A stretch of 64,000 nt of DNA, from positions 102,547 through 166,546 of IMG/VR virus record IMGVR_UViG_3300021399_000106. The stretch is one strand, 5' to 3'. The notes beneath the pieces are model-generated. The model worked only from the letters and a program-made list of their open reading frames with translations. It had not been told where the DNA came from and searched no databases. Numbering within the stretch: the first letter of the stretch is position 1; each line of letters opens with the position of its first letter. Of this stretch, positions 11,008 through 19,581 are shown piece by piece. Both the position numbers and the translations under genes were made by a program. The stretch comes from a virus. Lineage: Duplodnaviria > Caudoviricetes.

Positions 11008-11901
11008 TTAATTGCCATTTATTTTTCTAATATCATCAAACATAGGTTTAATATCATCTAATAATGGTTTTCTTTCTTCCTCAGGTGTTGTTGAAGATGT
11101 AGAATAAGTATTTTCTACTAAATCAATAAACATAGTCATCTGACCATCTTCACCTGCATAGTACATATTCCACTCCTCATCAGTTAATAATCTTTTAGGT
11201 TCTAATTGTTTTAAAGCTAGGTTATCAAAAGATACAACATCAAAATGATTTACTAATTCAGGTAATTCATTATATAATGCTTGTTTAGTTGTATCGACTA
11301 AGGTATTATGATAATTTTCACCACGTCTAAAATCCTTATAACCTAAAATTAATAATTTTAAATTATTATCATATAATTTCTTTAAGGTTTCCACTGAATG
11401 AACTCCATTAATAACGTGAATTACAGCTGTTGGAAATTGCTTTATTAGCTCAATAAAATGTTCTTGATCTGGATTTGTTAAGGAAACACCTAACCCATGA
11501 ATTAAATTATTTTCAATTAACTTAGCAAGTAAATCATAATTTTCCATAAAATGCTTTTGATTTACTGTCATATTACAAATTAAATTTAATCCTTTACACT
11601 TTTCTAAGAAAGGAATTAAATCAGGATGTTCTAATGGATTACCTCCACCAATAGCTAATTCTGTATAAGGTAATAGAGTTTCAATGAACTTAGCATTCAT
11701 TATATCCCCGTGTTTACCATCAGGTAATGAATTTTCATGGCAGTACTGGCACATCATATTACATTTATTTGTAATCTTAACATCCATAGAATCAGGATAT
11801 TCAGGTATTAATTTATCCTCTTTATTATATTTAATTAACGTACCATCTGAGCATAATATCTTAAAATAATTCCCATTCTTTACTTTTCCAATAAATTTCA
11901 T
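11008..11901 (-). CDS. Radical SAM enzyme
   Basis: CNMMCQYC (CxxxCxxC), AIGGGNP, MTVN; N-terminal NGNY...DGT extension; no SPASM cysteine cluster. Confidence 0.92.
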   Translation of the reverse strand: MKFIGKVKNGNYFKILCSDGTLIKYNKEDKLIPEYPDSMDVKITNKCNMMCQYCHENSLPDGKHGDIMNAKFIETLLPYTELAIGGGNPLEHPDLIPFLEKCKGLNLICNMTVNQKHFMENYDLLAKLIENNLIHGLGVSLTNPDQEHFIELIKQFPTAVIHVINGVHSVETLKKLYDNNLKLLILGYKDFRRGENYHNTLVDTTKQALYNELPELVNHFDVVSFDNLALKQLEPKRLLTDEEWNMYYAGEDGQMTMFIDLVENTYSTSSTTPEEERKPLLDDIKPMFDDIRKINGN

Positions 11902-11906
11902 TTTTT

Positions 11907-12299
11907 TTAATCCTCCTTAAATCTAATAACTTCATTATCAACTAGATATTTAATATAATCATCACATTTTCTAATTCCGTTTTGAATATAAGGTGTGCAA
12001 TCTTCAAATGCTTTTTCTCTTAAATAATATTCAACATAAGGAATAGCAGGCTGACAAAATGCATCATCTAAAATATTTGTTTCGAGTTTAGTAAATGTTT
12101 TACTATCAATTGATATATTAAGAGTTTCACTAAATCTTTCTCCACCTTGATAAGTAGCTTCACTTATGGTTCTACAAAAATACCATGTTTTTGGATTATA
12201 ATTTGTAAATCCTAATTCCTTTAATTTTTCTGCTGTTAATCCTTTACAAACTTCTACTTTATCATCATGAAAATCATATTTACTGTAGTGTTTTTCCAT
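11907..12299 (-). CDS. Hypothetical protein
   Basis: ORF packed in operon. Confidence 0.65.
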   Translation of the reverse strand: MEKHYSKYDFHDDKVEVCKGLTAEKLKELGFTNYNPKTWYFCRTISEATYQGGERFSETLNISIDSKTFTKLETNILDDAFCQPAIPYVEYYLREKAFEDCTPYIQNGIRKCDDYIKYLVDNEVIRFKED

Positions 12300-12300
12300 A

Positions 12301-12936
12301 TTATAGCATCTCCTTTAAAACTTTTTTCCTAACCTCTATTGTCTTTTCACCATTTAAGATTTTGCATAACCATTCAGGTCTAATTGAGATTAAGATATAT
12401 TTATTTAACTCATTATCATAAGCATACATCATATTTTGTGGTGCTTTGGTAATAGGTTTATATTTTTCTTTTTCTTCAAAAGCCCAACCAAACATATTAT
12501 CGTAGGACTTATCATAAGCCATATACTCACTTAATTCTCTTGGCTCATCAAATATATGTAAGTTCTTAATGTGGATTGCATAACCATTTTTACCTTTTAA
12601 GTAATCATATATTTCTTTATTGGTTAAACAACTTTTTCTTAATAATTCAATATTACTAATATTTAATCCCAAATAAAATGGCTCATATTCTTTTGAATTA
12701 TCATAAAATGCTTGTCCTGTTCCATCTATTGCATAAGATAAATTATAATCTATTTTCGAACACGCTATTTCCTCAACCTCATAATCACATTCAGCTACGA
12801 TTTTGCCATTTAACAAGTAATCTTGTTTTTCGTGAAACTTATGAGTAGAAGTTATATATTTACTTTCATAAAATTCATAGATATTTTGATTAAATAAATA
12901 AGGCTTTGATTTTGTACAATATAATAGTAATTTCAT
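12301..12936 (-). CDS. ASCH/PUA-like domain protein, apparently circularly permuted
   Basis: ASCH signature ISIRPEW..ILNGEKTIEVRK lies at the C-terminus; LYCTK, NGKIVAE, GYAIHI, EPRELSEY, APQN precede it. Confidence 0.75.
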   Translation of the reverse strand: MKLLLYCTKSKPYLFNQNIYEFYESKYITSTHKFHEKQDYLLNGKIVAECDYEVEEIACSKIDYNLSYAIDGTGQAFYDNSKEYEPFYLGLNISNIELLRKSCLTNKEIYDYLKGKNGYAIHIKNLHIFDEPRELSEYMAYDKSYDNMFGWAFEEKEKYKPITKAPQNMMYAYDNELNKYILISIRPEWLCKILNGEKTIEVRKKVLKEML

Positions 12937-13523
12937 TATTTTAATTCCTCCAAACTTTTATTAAAGTTTTTATTTAATTCACTAATATCCTCATTTAATT
13001 TGTCGTTATAATATTTTTTCTTGTCCTCTAATACCTTATCTTTTAATTTTTGCCAATAATCTAAAATAGTATTCTTAATAGCTGTAATATTTGAATTTAT
13101 ATCAAAGTAGAATAAATTTTTGTTTTCATTATTATAATCTGTATCAATTGTAGAATCCCAATGAAAAGGACCATAACCTCTATCTGATTCATGATTCTCC
13201 ATTAATAAATCATTTACATCGCCGTTAAAAGAATAACAATTTGTGTTAACACAGTAACAAACAACAAAATTATAAATATCTGTATTTATTAACCAACCTA
13301 AATAATTATGAGGTAATTCAATACCTTTTTGTGCCACTATAACTTTATCAATTTTAGTATCATCTACACTAACTCTTATTCTATAATATATTTTTCCTAC
13401 CTCTAAATCTTCAATTGAGATACTATTAGGAAAGTTTTTATTATTTAACTCCTTACTTTCTTCCTTTATTTCTGTTTCCTGTACAGTATTTTTCATTATT
13501 TCTTTTTTATGTTTTCTAAACAT
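12936..13523 (-). CDS. Hypothetical protein
   Basis: GAGGTG RBS before ATG 13523. Confidence 0.7.
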   Translation of the reverse strand: MFRKHKKEIMKNTVQETEIKEESKELNNKNFPNSISIEDLEVGKIYYRIRVSVDDTKIDKVIVAQKGIELPHNYLGWLINTDIYNFVVCYCVNTNCYSFNGDVNDLLMENHESDRGYGPFHWDSTIDTDYNNENKNLFYFDINSNITAIKNTILDYWQKLKDKVLEDKKKYYNDKLNEDISELNKNFNKSLEELK

Positions 13524-13544
13524 GGTGATCACCTCTTCAATATA

Positions 13545-13606
13545 AATATACAATAAAAAGAGGTTATATTAACCTCAATTTTAATCTTTTTTAATATTTT
13601 TTAATA
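13545..13606 (-). repeat. Terminator-hairpin plus promoter element, copy 1 (near-identical to 17286-17336)
   Basis: AATATACAATAAAAAGAGGTTA..AACCTC...TTTTAATATTTTTTAATA shared with the second copy. Confidence 0.75.
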
Positions 13607-13613
13607 AATTTTA

Positions 13614-13973
13614 TTAACCATCATATCCAAATCGACAAATAGTTTTAATTACTTCACCATTAGGAGTAGTAAATGTATTTTGATCTGTTTCTAGATCTTC
13701 GCAAAAACTCTCATAGGTACATAAGCCATAATCACCATATAGTTCCTCAGGATTGTCCGTATATTCAGGATTTTCCTCTACAATATATTTATTTACTTCA
13801 TCTAGGTTATAAAATTTACCTTCTTCAAACTTATTATTCTTCCAACTTCAACTATATTCACAATAAATGGTTTCTCCGTTTACTCATTTATCAAAATCAT
13901 CCTTCATTGCAATAACCATTGAGTGTGTTGAGCTTGAGTTAGTTTCAAATGTATTTTTTCTAATATTAATCAT
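13614..13973 (-). CDS. FETNSSS-motif protein, short type 1 (TGA=Trp; absent from ORF track)
   Basis: MINIRKNTFETNSSSTHSMV...DKWVNGE...TTPNGEVIKTICRFGYDG; two in-frame TGA. Confidence 0.85.
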
Positions 13974-13976
13974 TAT

Positions 13977-14246
13977 TTAAATTCCTTCCTTATCTTTTTC
14001 TAATTTATATAATTTTAAATCCACAATACTATTAGTATTTATAGGAATAATTATTACATTTTCTATACCTTTATCGCTTAACATATTTTTAAGAGCTGTG
14101 CAATCCTGACAAATCCTTTCCTTAGATGTATTCACAAATTCTACCTTAATTAAATATGTATTATTAGAATCTAATTCTGTAAAGCTAATATCTTTTGCAT
14201 ATTTAGCAGTAATTTCTTCTAATTCTTTTTCCGTATATGTAGCCAT
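13977..14246 (-). CDS. Hypothetical protein
   Basis: AGGAG RBS; packed in operon. Confidence 0.65.
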   Translation of the reverse strand: MATYTEKELEEITAKYAKDISFTELDSNNTYLIKVEFVNTSKERICQDCTALKNMLSDKGIENVIIIPINTNSIVDLKLYKLEKDKEGI

Positions 14247-14258
14247 AATAATATCTCC

Positions 14259-14633
14259 TTATCCAAAATAGTAATCTAACGATGCTTCTTTCTTTTCCGC
14301 ATTATATTCATAACTATCTAATTCATCTATTGAATAAAATGTAATTGGAAAGAAACCTAATCTATGATGTCTTGTAACTTCCTTATATCTTTTTAATTCT
14401 TCCTTACTCATTTCTTGCCAATTTTCAGGAAATTCAACATTATCAATTCTATTCTTAATATAATCTTTGATATCTAGCCAAGTACAAAATTCAGGATAGC
14501 CATTAGATTCATGCAATACATTATAAAATAATTTTCCATTTGCAAAATCTATCCAAGTTTTAGCATCGCAAACAACTAAAGAATGTGAACTTGAACTATT
14601 AGTTTCAAATGTTGATTTTCTAACTTTAATCAT
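14259..14633 (-). CDS. FETNSSS-motif protein, short type 2
   Basis: MIKVRKSTFETNSSSSHSLV...FANGKLFY...LDYYFG. Confidence 0.85.
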   Translation of the reverse strand: MIKVRKSTFETNSSSSHSLVVCDAKTWIDFANGKLFYNVLHESNGYPEFCTWLDIKDYIKNRIDNVEFPENWQEMSKEELKRYKEVTRHHRLGFFPITFYSIDELDSYEYNAEKKEASLDYYFG

Positions 14634-14979
14634 AAAATACTACTTCCTTATCTACATCAATTATTTTATATAAAGCTTTTAATTCAGGATTTATTTCATC
14701 ACATAATACATAATTAAAACGATTTCTTTCATCTTCACCTTTAAATTCAATAAGATACTTATTACTTTCAGTTGAAAAATCTGATAGCTTTGTTGTTTTA
14801 AATACTGAAGTTTTACAGATTAATGACTTACGTGAATCGCTATATAAAAATTGATATATAGCCTTTATATCATCAATATTAATGGATTCTATATGAAAGT
14901 TTAAACAAGGATTAGGTCCACCATAGTCATTAGTATATTTTAAAGCATTTATAAACACATTTTCATCATTCTTATTCAT
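14626..14979 (-). CDS. Hypothetical protein
   Basis: Translationally coupled on both sides. Confidence 0.65.
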   Translation of the reverse strand: MNKNDENVFINALKYTNDYGGPNPCLNFHIESINIDDIKAIYQFLYSDSRKSLICKTSVFKTTKLSDFSTESNKYLIEFKGEDERNRFNYVLCDEINPELKALYKIIDVDKEVVFYD

Positions 14980-15617
14980 TATTCCTCAAAATCCTTTTCT
15001 GTAATATTATATTTTGAACATGTACAAGTACTGTCAATATATTCTTTTACTCCAGTATTTAATCCTGGCTTTAAGGTTGGGTTAAATGCGTCATAATAAT
15101 TTGAATTGTCATTATCAATTACTATCATGCATCCTTTATTAAAAATTATATTAATTAAATCTTCATCATCTAATAAATCTTGACTTTGATGGTCAATACT
15201 TCCAAATGGGTCACCATATTCATCAATATTTAACTCAAACTTAACCTCTTTAACATCTGGACATTTTTCTTTGATTTTTTCCAATAAATCTTCTAACTCT
15301 TCATTTACAACACCATCAGCAATCATTTGTTCAGCTTCACTATGAGTGGTATCATTCTCTTCTCCTCAATTCAAATGAATACATAATCTAGTTGCAACAT
15401 AATCTAACTTATCATTAGATGAAATCAGTAGGTCATCAGTACCAAAACCAGTTAAAGATTCAGGACCTGACCAACCATAATCTCTAAAATGGATAGTTAA
15501 AACTCCATTATCGGTTGCTAGTTCATACTCAATTCTATTTGGATTTTTCTGTGAATAAACTAATGAGTGAGATGAACTAGAATTTGTTTCAAATACATTT
15601 TTTCTTATTTTTATCAT
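14979..15617 (-). CDS. FETNSSS-motif protein, long type 1 (TGA=Trp at 15366-15368)
   Basis: ORFs 15366..15617 and 14979..15326 in frame; FETNSSSSHSL, FRDYGW, DKLDY, GSIDHQS, IVIDNDN. Confidence 0.85.
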
Positions 15618-15626
15618 AAAATCTCC

Positions 15627-16412
15627 TTAATGGTTATCATTATCAATAATTAAAATTATGTTTCTATCAAATAAAAATCTTTCATAACCAATTTTTCTAA
15701 TTTTTGGCATTTGATCATTTTCCTCACCTTCAAATGATTCGTGATCTATATAACCAAATCCTTGAAATTTATCTTCACCGGCTTCTGTACTTACTTCGTT
15801 ACCGTGTCTACCTTTAAATGTTATAGACCAAGTATGCCAATATGGATGTGAAATATCTTCTAATAAATTAGTTTCAGGTTTTAATTCTTCAAAGCAACTT
15901 GTTTCTGAATCATTTTTTACATCACAATCGTCTAATTCAGACCACCACTTATATTTAAAACCTTTAAAGTTAGGATCATATTCTTTTAATATTGCCATAA
16001 CTTTCTTAACTTCTTCATATTCTTCTAATAATTTACAAGCTTTATTCCATCTCTCATTTGCTTTTTCATCATCATAATTATTAAATTTATAATATTTAGA
16101 CCAATCCTTATCCTCTTTAACTACCCATTCTTCATCAACTTTATCAGATAAATATTCATTTGCAAAGTAAGTCATTAAATAATTTAATTTTTCTTCAAAA
16201 CTTTTAATTACTTCTTTTCTTTGCCAACCATAACCTTCGAAATTAATAGTTAGATAACCTTTATTTTCATCATTCCAACCATACCAAAATTCTGATTCGC
16301 CTTTTTTATAATAACATTTATTTCGCCAATTTTTAGCGTTTGGATGTTTATATACTAAACTATGACTAGAACTTGAATTGGTTTCAAAAACATTATTCCT
16401 GATTTTTATCAT
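15627..16412 (-). CDS. FETNSSS-motif protein, long type 2
   Basis: MIKIRNNVFETNSSSSHSL, FEGYGW, EKLNY, GYIDHES, LIIDNDN; start at ATG 16412 by analogy with paralogues. Confidence 0.85.
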   Translation of the reverse strand: MIKIRNNVFETNSSSSHSLVYKHPNAKNWRNKCYYKKGESEFWYGWNDENKGYLTINFEGYGWQRKEVIKSFEEKLNYLMTYFANEYLSDKVDEEWVVKEDKDWSKYYKFNNYDDEKANERWNKACKLLEEYEEVKKVMAILKEYDPNFKGFKYKWWSELDDCDVKNDSETSCFEELKPETNLLEDISHPYWHTWSITFKGRHGNEVSTEAGEDKFQGFGYIDHESFEGEENDQMPKIRKIGYERFLFDRNIILIIDNDNH

Positions 16413-16629
16413 CTTTAATCTCCACTTTATCAAAATATTGCACTATCGCAGTAAAGTAAGTTCTAATATCATAAACATCATTATTACCACTACCTTCTGG
16501 TTTAGGTAGATAAACTATATTTTGAAGTTTTGGATATCTAGAATTTTCGCCTACATTTAAATTTAATAGGAATTCATTTAATTCCTTTTCTGATTCTATA
16601 TATCTAACTCTTAAAACAACTTTTTCCAT
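16393..16629 (-). CDS. Hypothetical protein
   Basis: AGGTG RBS; overlaps next gene. Confidence 0.6.
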   Translation of the reverse strand: MEKVVLRVRYIESEKELNEFLLNLNVGENSRYPKLQNIVYLPKPEGSGNNDVYDIRTYFTAIVQYFDKVEIKDDKNQE

Positions 16630-16637
16630 ATTATCAC

Positions 16638-17255
16638 CTATTTATTTAAATCATTATCTTGTAATTTAAATTTATCCTTAATCATAAAATCTTCTAATAC
16701 ATTTCTTAATTCAATTCTAGCTGCTTCATTATTTGCCTTATTAGTTGCTATTAATGATTTAATTGCTTCTCTTCTTGCTTTTAAAGATTTTACAGTATTT
16801 TCATATTCATTAATTTCCCTATCAATTTTACTTAATTCATCATTATATTTAATTTCCTCTTCTAATGCTGAATTAATAGATTGTTCATAAACTTCTTTTA
16901 AATTATTAATTTTAGCTAATGCCTTATCAACATATAATTGATTAACTTCATCACTATCAACCATTAAATCAACTTTATATAAAGTAATAATTGTTTTTCC
17001 TTCCCTATCAATAATAAAAGTCCAACCATTTTTATTACATCTAACTTGAACAACATTATTAGATTTTCCAATTACACCAGTATAATATAATTCAGAGGAT
17101 AAATATAATTTCTTAATTTCATTTTTTGCTTTATTTTCTGCCTCTAAACCAATAATAGGTCTATCCATAACTCTTTCAGCATATCTTTTTAAGCAATGGT
17201 CTGTAATTCTAATTTCCACCTTGTCTAAGTCATTAAATAATTCTGTATTTTCCAT
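16638..17255 (-). CDS. Hypothetical protein, N-terminal HxxxRxxER domain plus C-terminal coiled coil
   Basis: ITDHCLKRYAERV...IITLY; heptad-rich C-terminus. Confidence 0.65.
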   Translation of the reverse strand: MENTELFNDLDKVEIRITDHCLKRYAERVMDRPIIGLEAENKAKNEIKKLYLSSELYYTGVIGKSNNVVQVRCNKNGWTFIIDREGKTIITLYKVDLMVDSDEVNQLYVDKALAKINNLKEVYEQSINSALEEEIKYNDELSKIDREINEYENTVKSLKARREAIKSLIATNKANNEAARIELRNVLEDFMIKDKFKLQDNDLNK

Positions 17256-17285
17256 ATAATCACCTCATATAATATTTTATATAAT

Positions 17286-17336
17286 AATATACAATAAAAA
17301 AGAGGTTATTACAACCTCTTTTAATATTTTTTAATA
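17286..17336 (-). repeat. Terminator-hairpin plus promoter element, copy 2
   Basis: AATATACAATAAAAAAGAGGTTATTACAACCTCTTTTAATATTTTTTAATA. Confidence 0.75.
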
Positions 17337-18404
17337 TTATTTAAATAGAACTGATTTATAAATTGGTAATAAAATTTTATTATAAATTTCTTCTCTATTA
17401 CACTCTCTTGGTAGTGAAGTATTTTTAAATAAAAGTTCTGATTCTTTTTCTAGATTATGTAATAAAGTATAGAAATCTTCATTAAATGCACCTTTTTCAG
17501 TTCTATATTTACCATTTCTGATATCCATTAATAAATCATGTTCATCTTTACGGTAAGTATGTAAATCTTCATCCTCTAAAATTTCATTACACATAAAATA
17601 TAATCTAATTAAATGCATTGCGTGTTTATTTAAATGTAAGTCATCCTTCTTTTTATTTCTTTGACCTTCAGTGTTCTTATAATCAGCAACTACATTACTA
17701 GTTTCTGACATAATTACTCTAAAATATGCTAATGGGAAATGTTCTAAATTAATATCACAATATAAACCATAAGTTTCATTTCCTACTTCACTAATATTAG
17801 CATAAGGAGTATTTTCATCTACATAAATTTTAAATTGGTCTTCATTGAAATTTAACTTCTCAACACAATTTTGTAAACAGTTATTAACACTTCTATTAAT
17901 ATGTTCAGCCATTTCTTTTTCAGATAAAGCCTCGCCATCTCTACATAATGCATTCTCTAATCTATTTAATTGAGCATGAGCATAACCACCAAAAGTATAA
18001 TAAGCACGTTTAGATAAGAATAAATGTCTATTATCTAATAAAATTTTTCCTAGTGGACTTACATAAATATAATGTTCTGGTTTACAGAATAACATTTCAA
18101 TAATATTTGGATTACAACCTGTAACTAGGTTAATAAATTTATTTAAACTATAAATTACAGTATCAGTTGCTTTATCCTCTCTTTGCTCAAAATGTGTAAT
18201 ACCTAAAATATCTTTTTCTGTATTTAAGGCAACACCTCTAATATCAACATCGCTTGTTTCAATATTAGTTCCATATGAGTGTGAACCACCTAAAGTTAAG
18301 AATAAAATCTTATCTTTACCTAAATGTGGATCAGTCCATAAAAATTCATATTCTTTACTATTAAATACTTTATCTTTGATTTCTTCTAATGTCATATTAT
18401 TCAC
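17337..18404 (-). CDS. Pol-beta-fold nucleotidyltransferase (RlaP/Nuc-transf-like)
   Basis: GGSHSYGTNIETSDVDIRGV, NPNIIEML, FGGYA, KHAMHLIRL, LLMDIRNG. Confidence 0.85.
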   Translation of the reverse strand: MNNMTLEEIKDKVFNSKEYEFLWTDPHLGKDKILFLTLGGSHSYGTNIETSDVDIRGVALNTEKDILGITHFEQREDKATDTVIYSLNKFINLVTGCNPNIIEMLFCKPEHYIYVSPLGKILLDNRHLFLSKRAYYTFGGYAHAQLNRLENALCRDGEALSEKEMAEHINRSVNNCLQNCVEKLNFNEDQFKIYVDENTPYANISEVGNETYGLYCDINLEHFPLAYFRVIMSETSNVVADYKNTEGQRNKKKDDLHLNKHAMHLIRLYFMCNEILEDEDLHTYRKDEHDLLMDIRNGKYRTEKGAFNEDFYTLLHNLEKESELLFKNTSLPRECNREEIYNKILLPIYKSVLFK

Positions 18405-18486
18405 CTGATTTCTTTCTCCACCACCAAATTATAAGGTAATTTGGAACCCATCATAAATAATATACAGTTGAATTTAATATATTTAT

Positions 18487-18750
18487 CTATTTATCCCCAA
18501 AAATTTCTAAGAAAGGATATGCTTGTAAATCAATTCTTGAGGTAGTATATAACATTTCTGACTTAATTATACTAATTTCACCTTGATAAATTTCAGAAGG
18601 ATATAAATATTTAAATATTTGTTTATCCATATCAGAAATAACATCTGTATCTTCTGTCATAAAAACTATTATATGTTCTTCAATATCCTTAATAGCATCA
18701 AAATATGTAATTAAATAAACTATTACCTTTTCTAAATCATTATTTTGCAT
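18487..18750 (-). CDS. Hypothetical protein
   Basis: GGTG RBS; ORF. Confidence 0.55.
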   Translation of the reverse strand: MQNNDLEKVIVYLITYFDAIKDIEEHIIVFMTEDTDVISDMDKQIFKYLYPSEIYQGEISIIKSEMLYTTSRIDLQAYPFLEIFGDK

Positions 18751-18766
18751 ATTAATCACCATTATT

Positions 18767-19192
18767 TTAAAAAACTGTTAAATCTATTCGGTTAAAGGTA
18801 TAATTAGTTACCACAAGATTACCATTTTCATCAGCAACTAAATCTCCGTTACCTCTCAATACAGGACGAATTTTAACACCTTTATCTATAAGTGACTTAA
18901 CTACTAGTCCTTCACCAAAATCTAGAATATCTAGGTCTGCAATTAAATTGCAATTTTCAATATATAAATTAGTTATACAATGAGACACTTTAATAGGATT
19001 AACTAGGTCTTCATCATAGTTTGGCATAAACATACCAAACATTTGATGTGTGTCTAATTGTTCTTTAACCAATGGGTCATTTAAAATTTTATCTTTTACT
19101 AATTCTGTGGTATAAATTCTACCATTTTTATTTGGTTTATCCAATACCTCTACAATTTGTCATTTTAAAGTTGTTGCTATATGTTCAGGCAT
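18767..19192 (-). CDS. T4 gp21-like prohead protease homologue, catalytically degenerate (TGA=Trp)
   Basis: NKNGRIY, VSHCIT, DILD..EG, RG.G; ATG 19192 overlaps upstream TAA; GELxHP and SSRG motifs absent. Confidence 0.65.
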
Positions 19193-19581
19193 TATGAATT
19201 CACCTGTTCAGTGGGTTTTTCGTCTTTTGTTTCAACTTTATCATTTTCATCTTTTTGTTCTATATCTGTTTTATTTTTCTTAACTTTTAAAATCTCTTTA
19301 GCATTTTCATCTACATATTTTTTAAATTGAGTTTTAGAACCAAATAATTGATATGCTATTGCTAAAGCTGCACCAACATACTTATCAAATTCATCATCTT
19401 TAGAAGTTTTAGCCATTGTTACCGTTTTAAAGTCACCATGATGATGATATCCGGCGTTATTAGCAATTGCCGTAACAATTCCTTCTTCTTCATTAATAAC
19501 TAGTTGTTTAATTTCCTTTTTTACATCCTTCTTTACTACATCAGTATTTGTAGGATCTATTTTTTCTACTAAATATCTCAT
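19192..19581 (-). CDS. Hypothetical protein (frame stays open ~75 codons upstream of this ATG)
   Basis: ORF; DEFDKYVGAALA segment. Confidence 0.65.
   Translation of the reverse strand: MRYLVEKIDPTNTDVVKKDVKKEIKQLVINEEEGIVTAIANNAGYHHHGDFKTVTMAKTSKDDEFDKYVGAALAIAYQLFGSKTQFKKYVDENAKEILKVKKNKTDIEQKDENDKVETKDEKPTEQVNS

Noticed and set aside
13921-16412. FETNSSS N-termini as a DNA-level mobile repeat or invertible element
   Set aside because: All copies are co-oriented, third positions differ between copies, and no recombinase is nearby; conservation is at protein level
16638-17255. Toxin-antitoxin pair
   Set aside because: HxxxRxxER motif is only suggestive of a RelE-like fold and no antitoxin-like partner is evident
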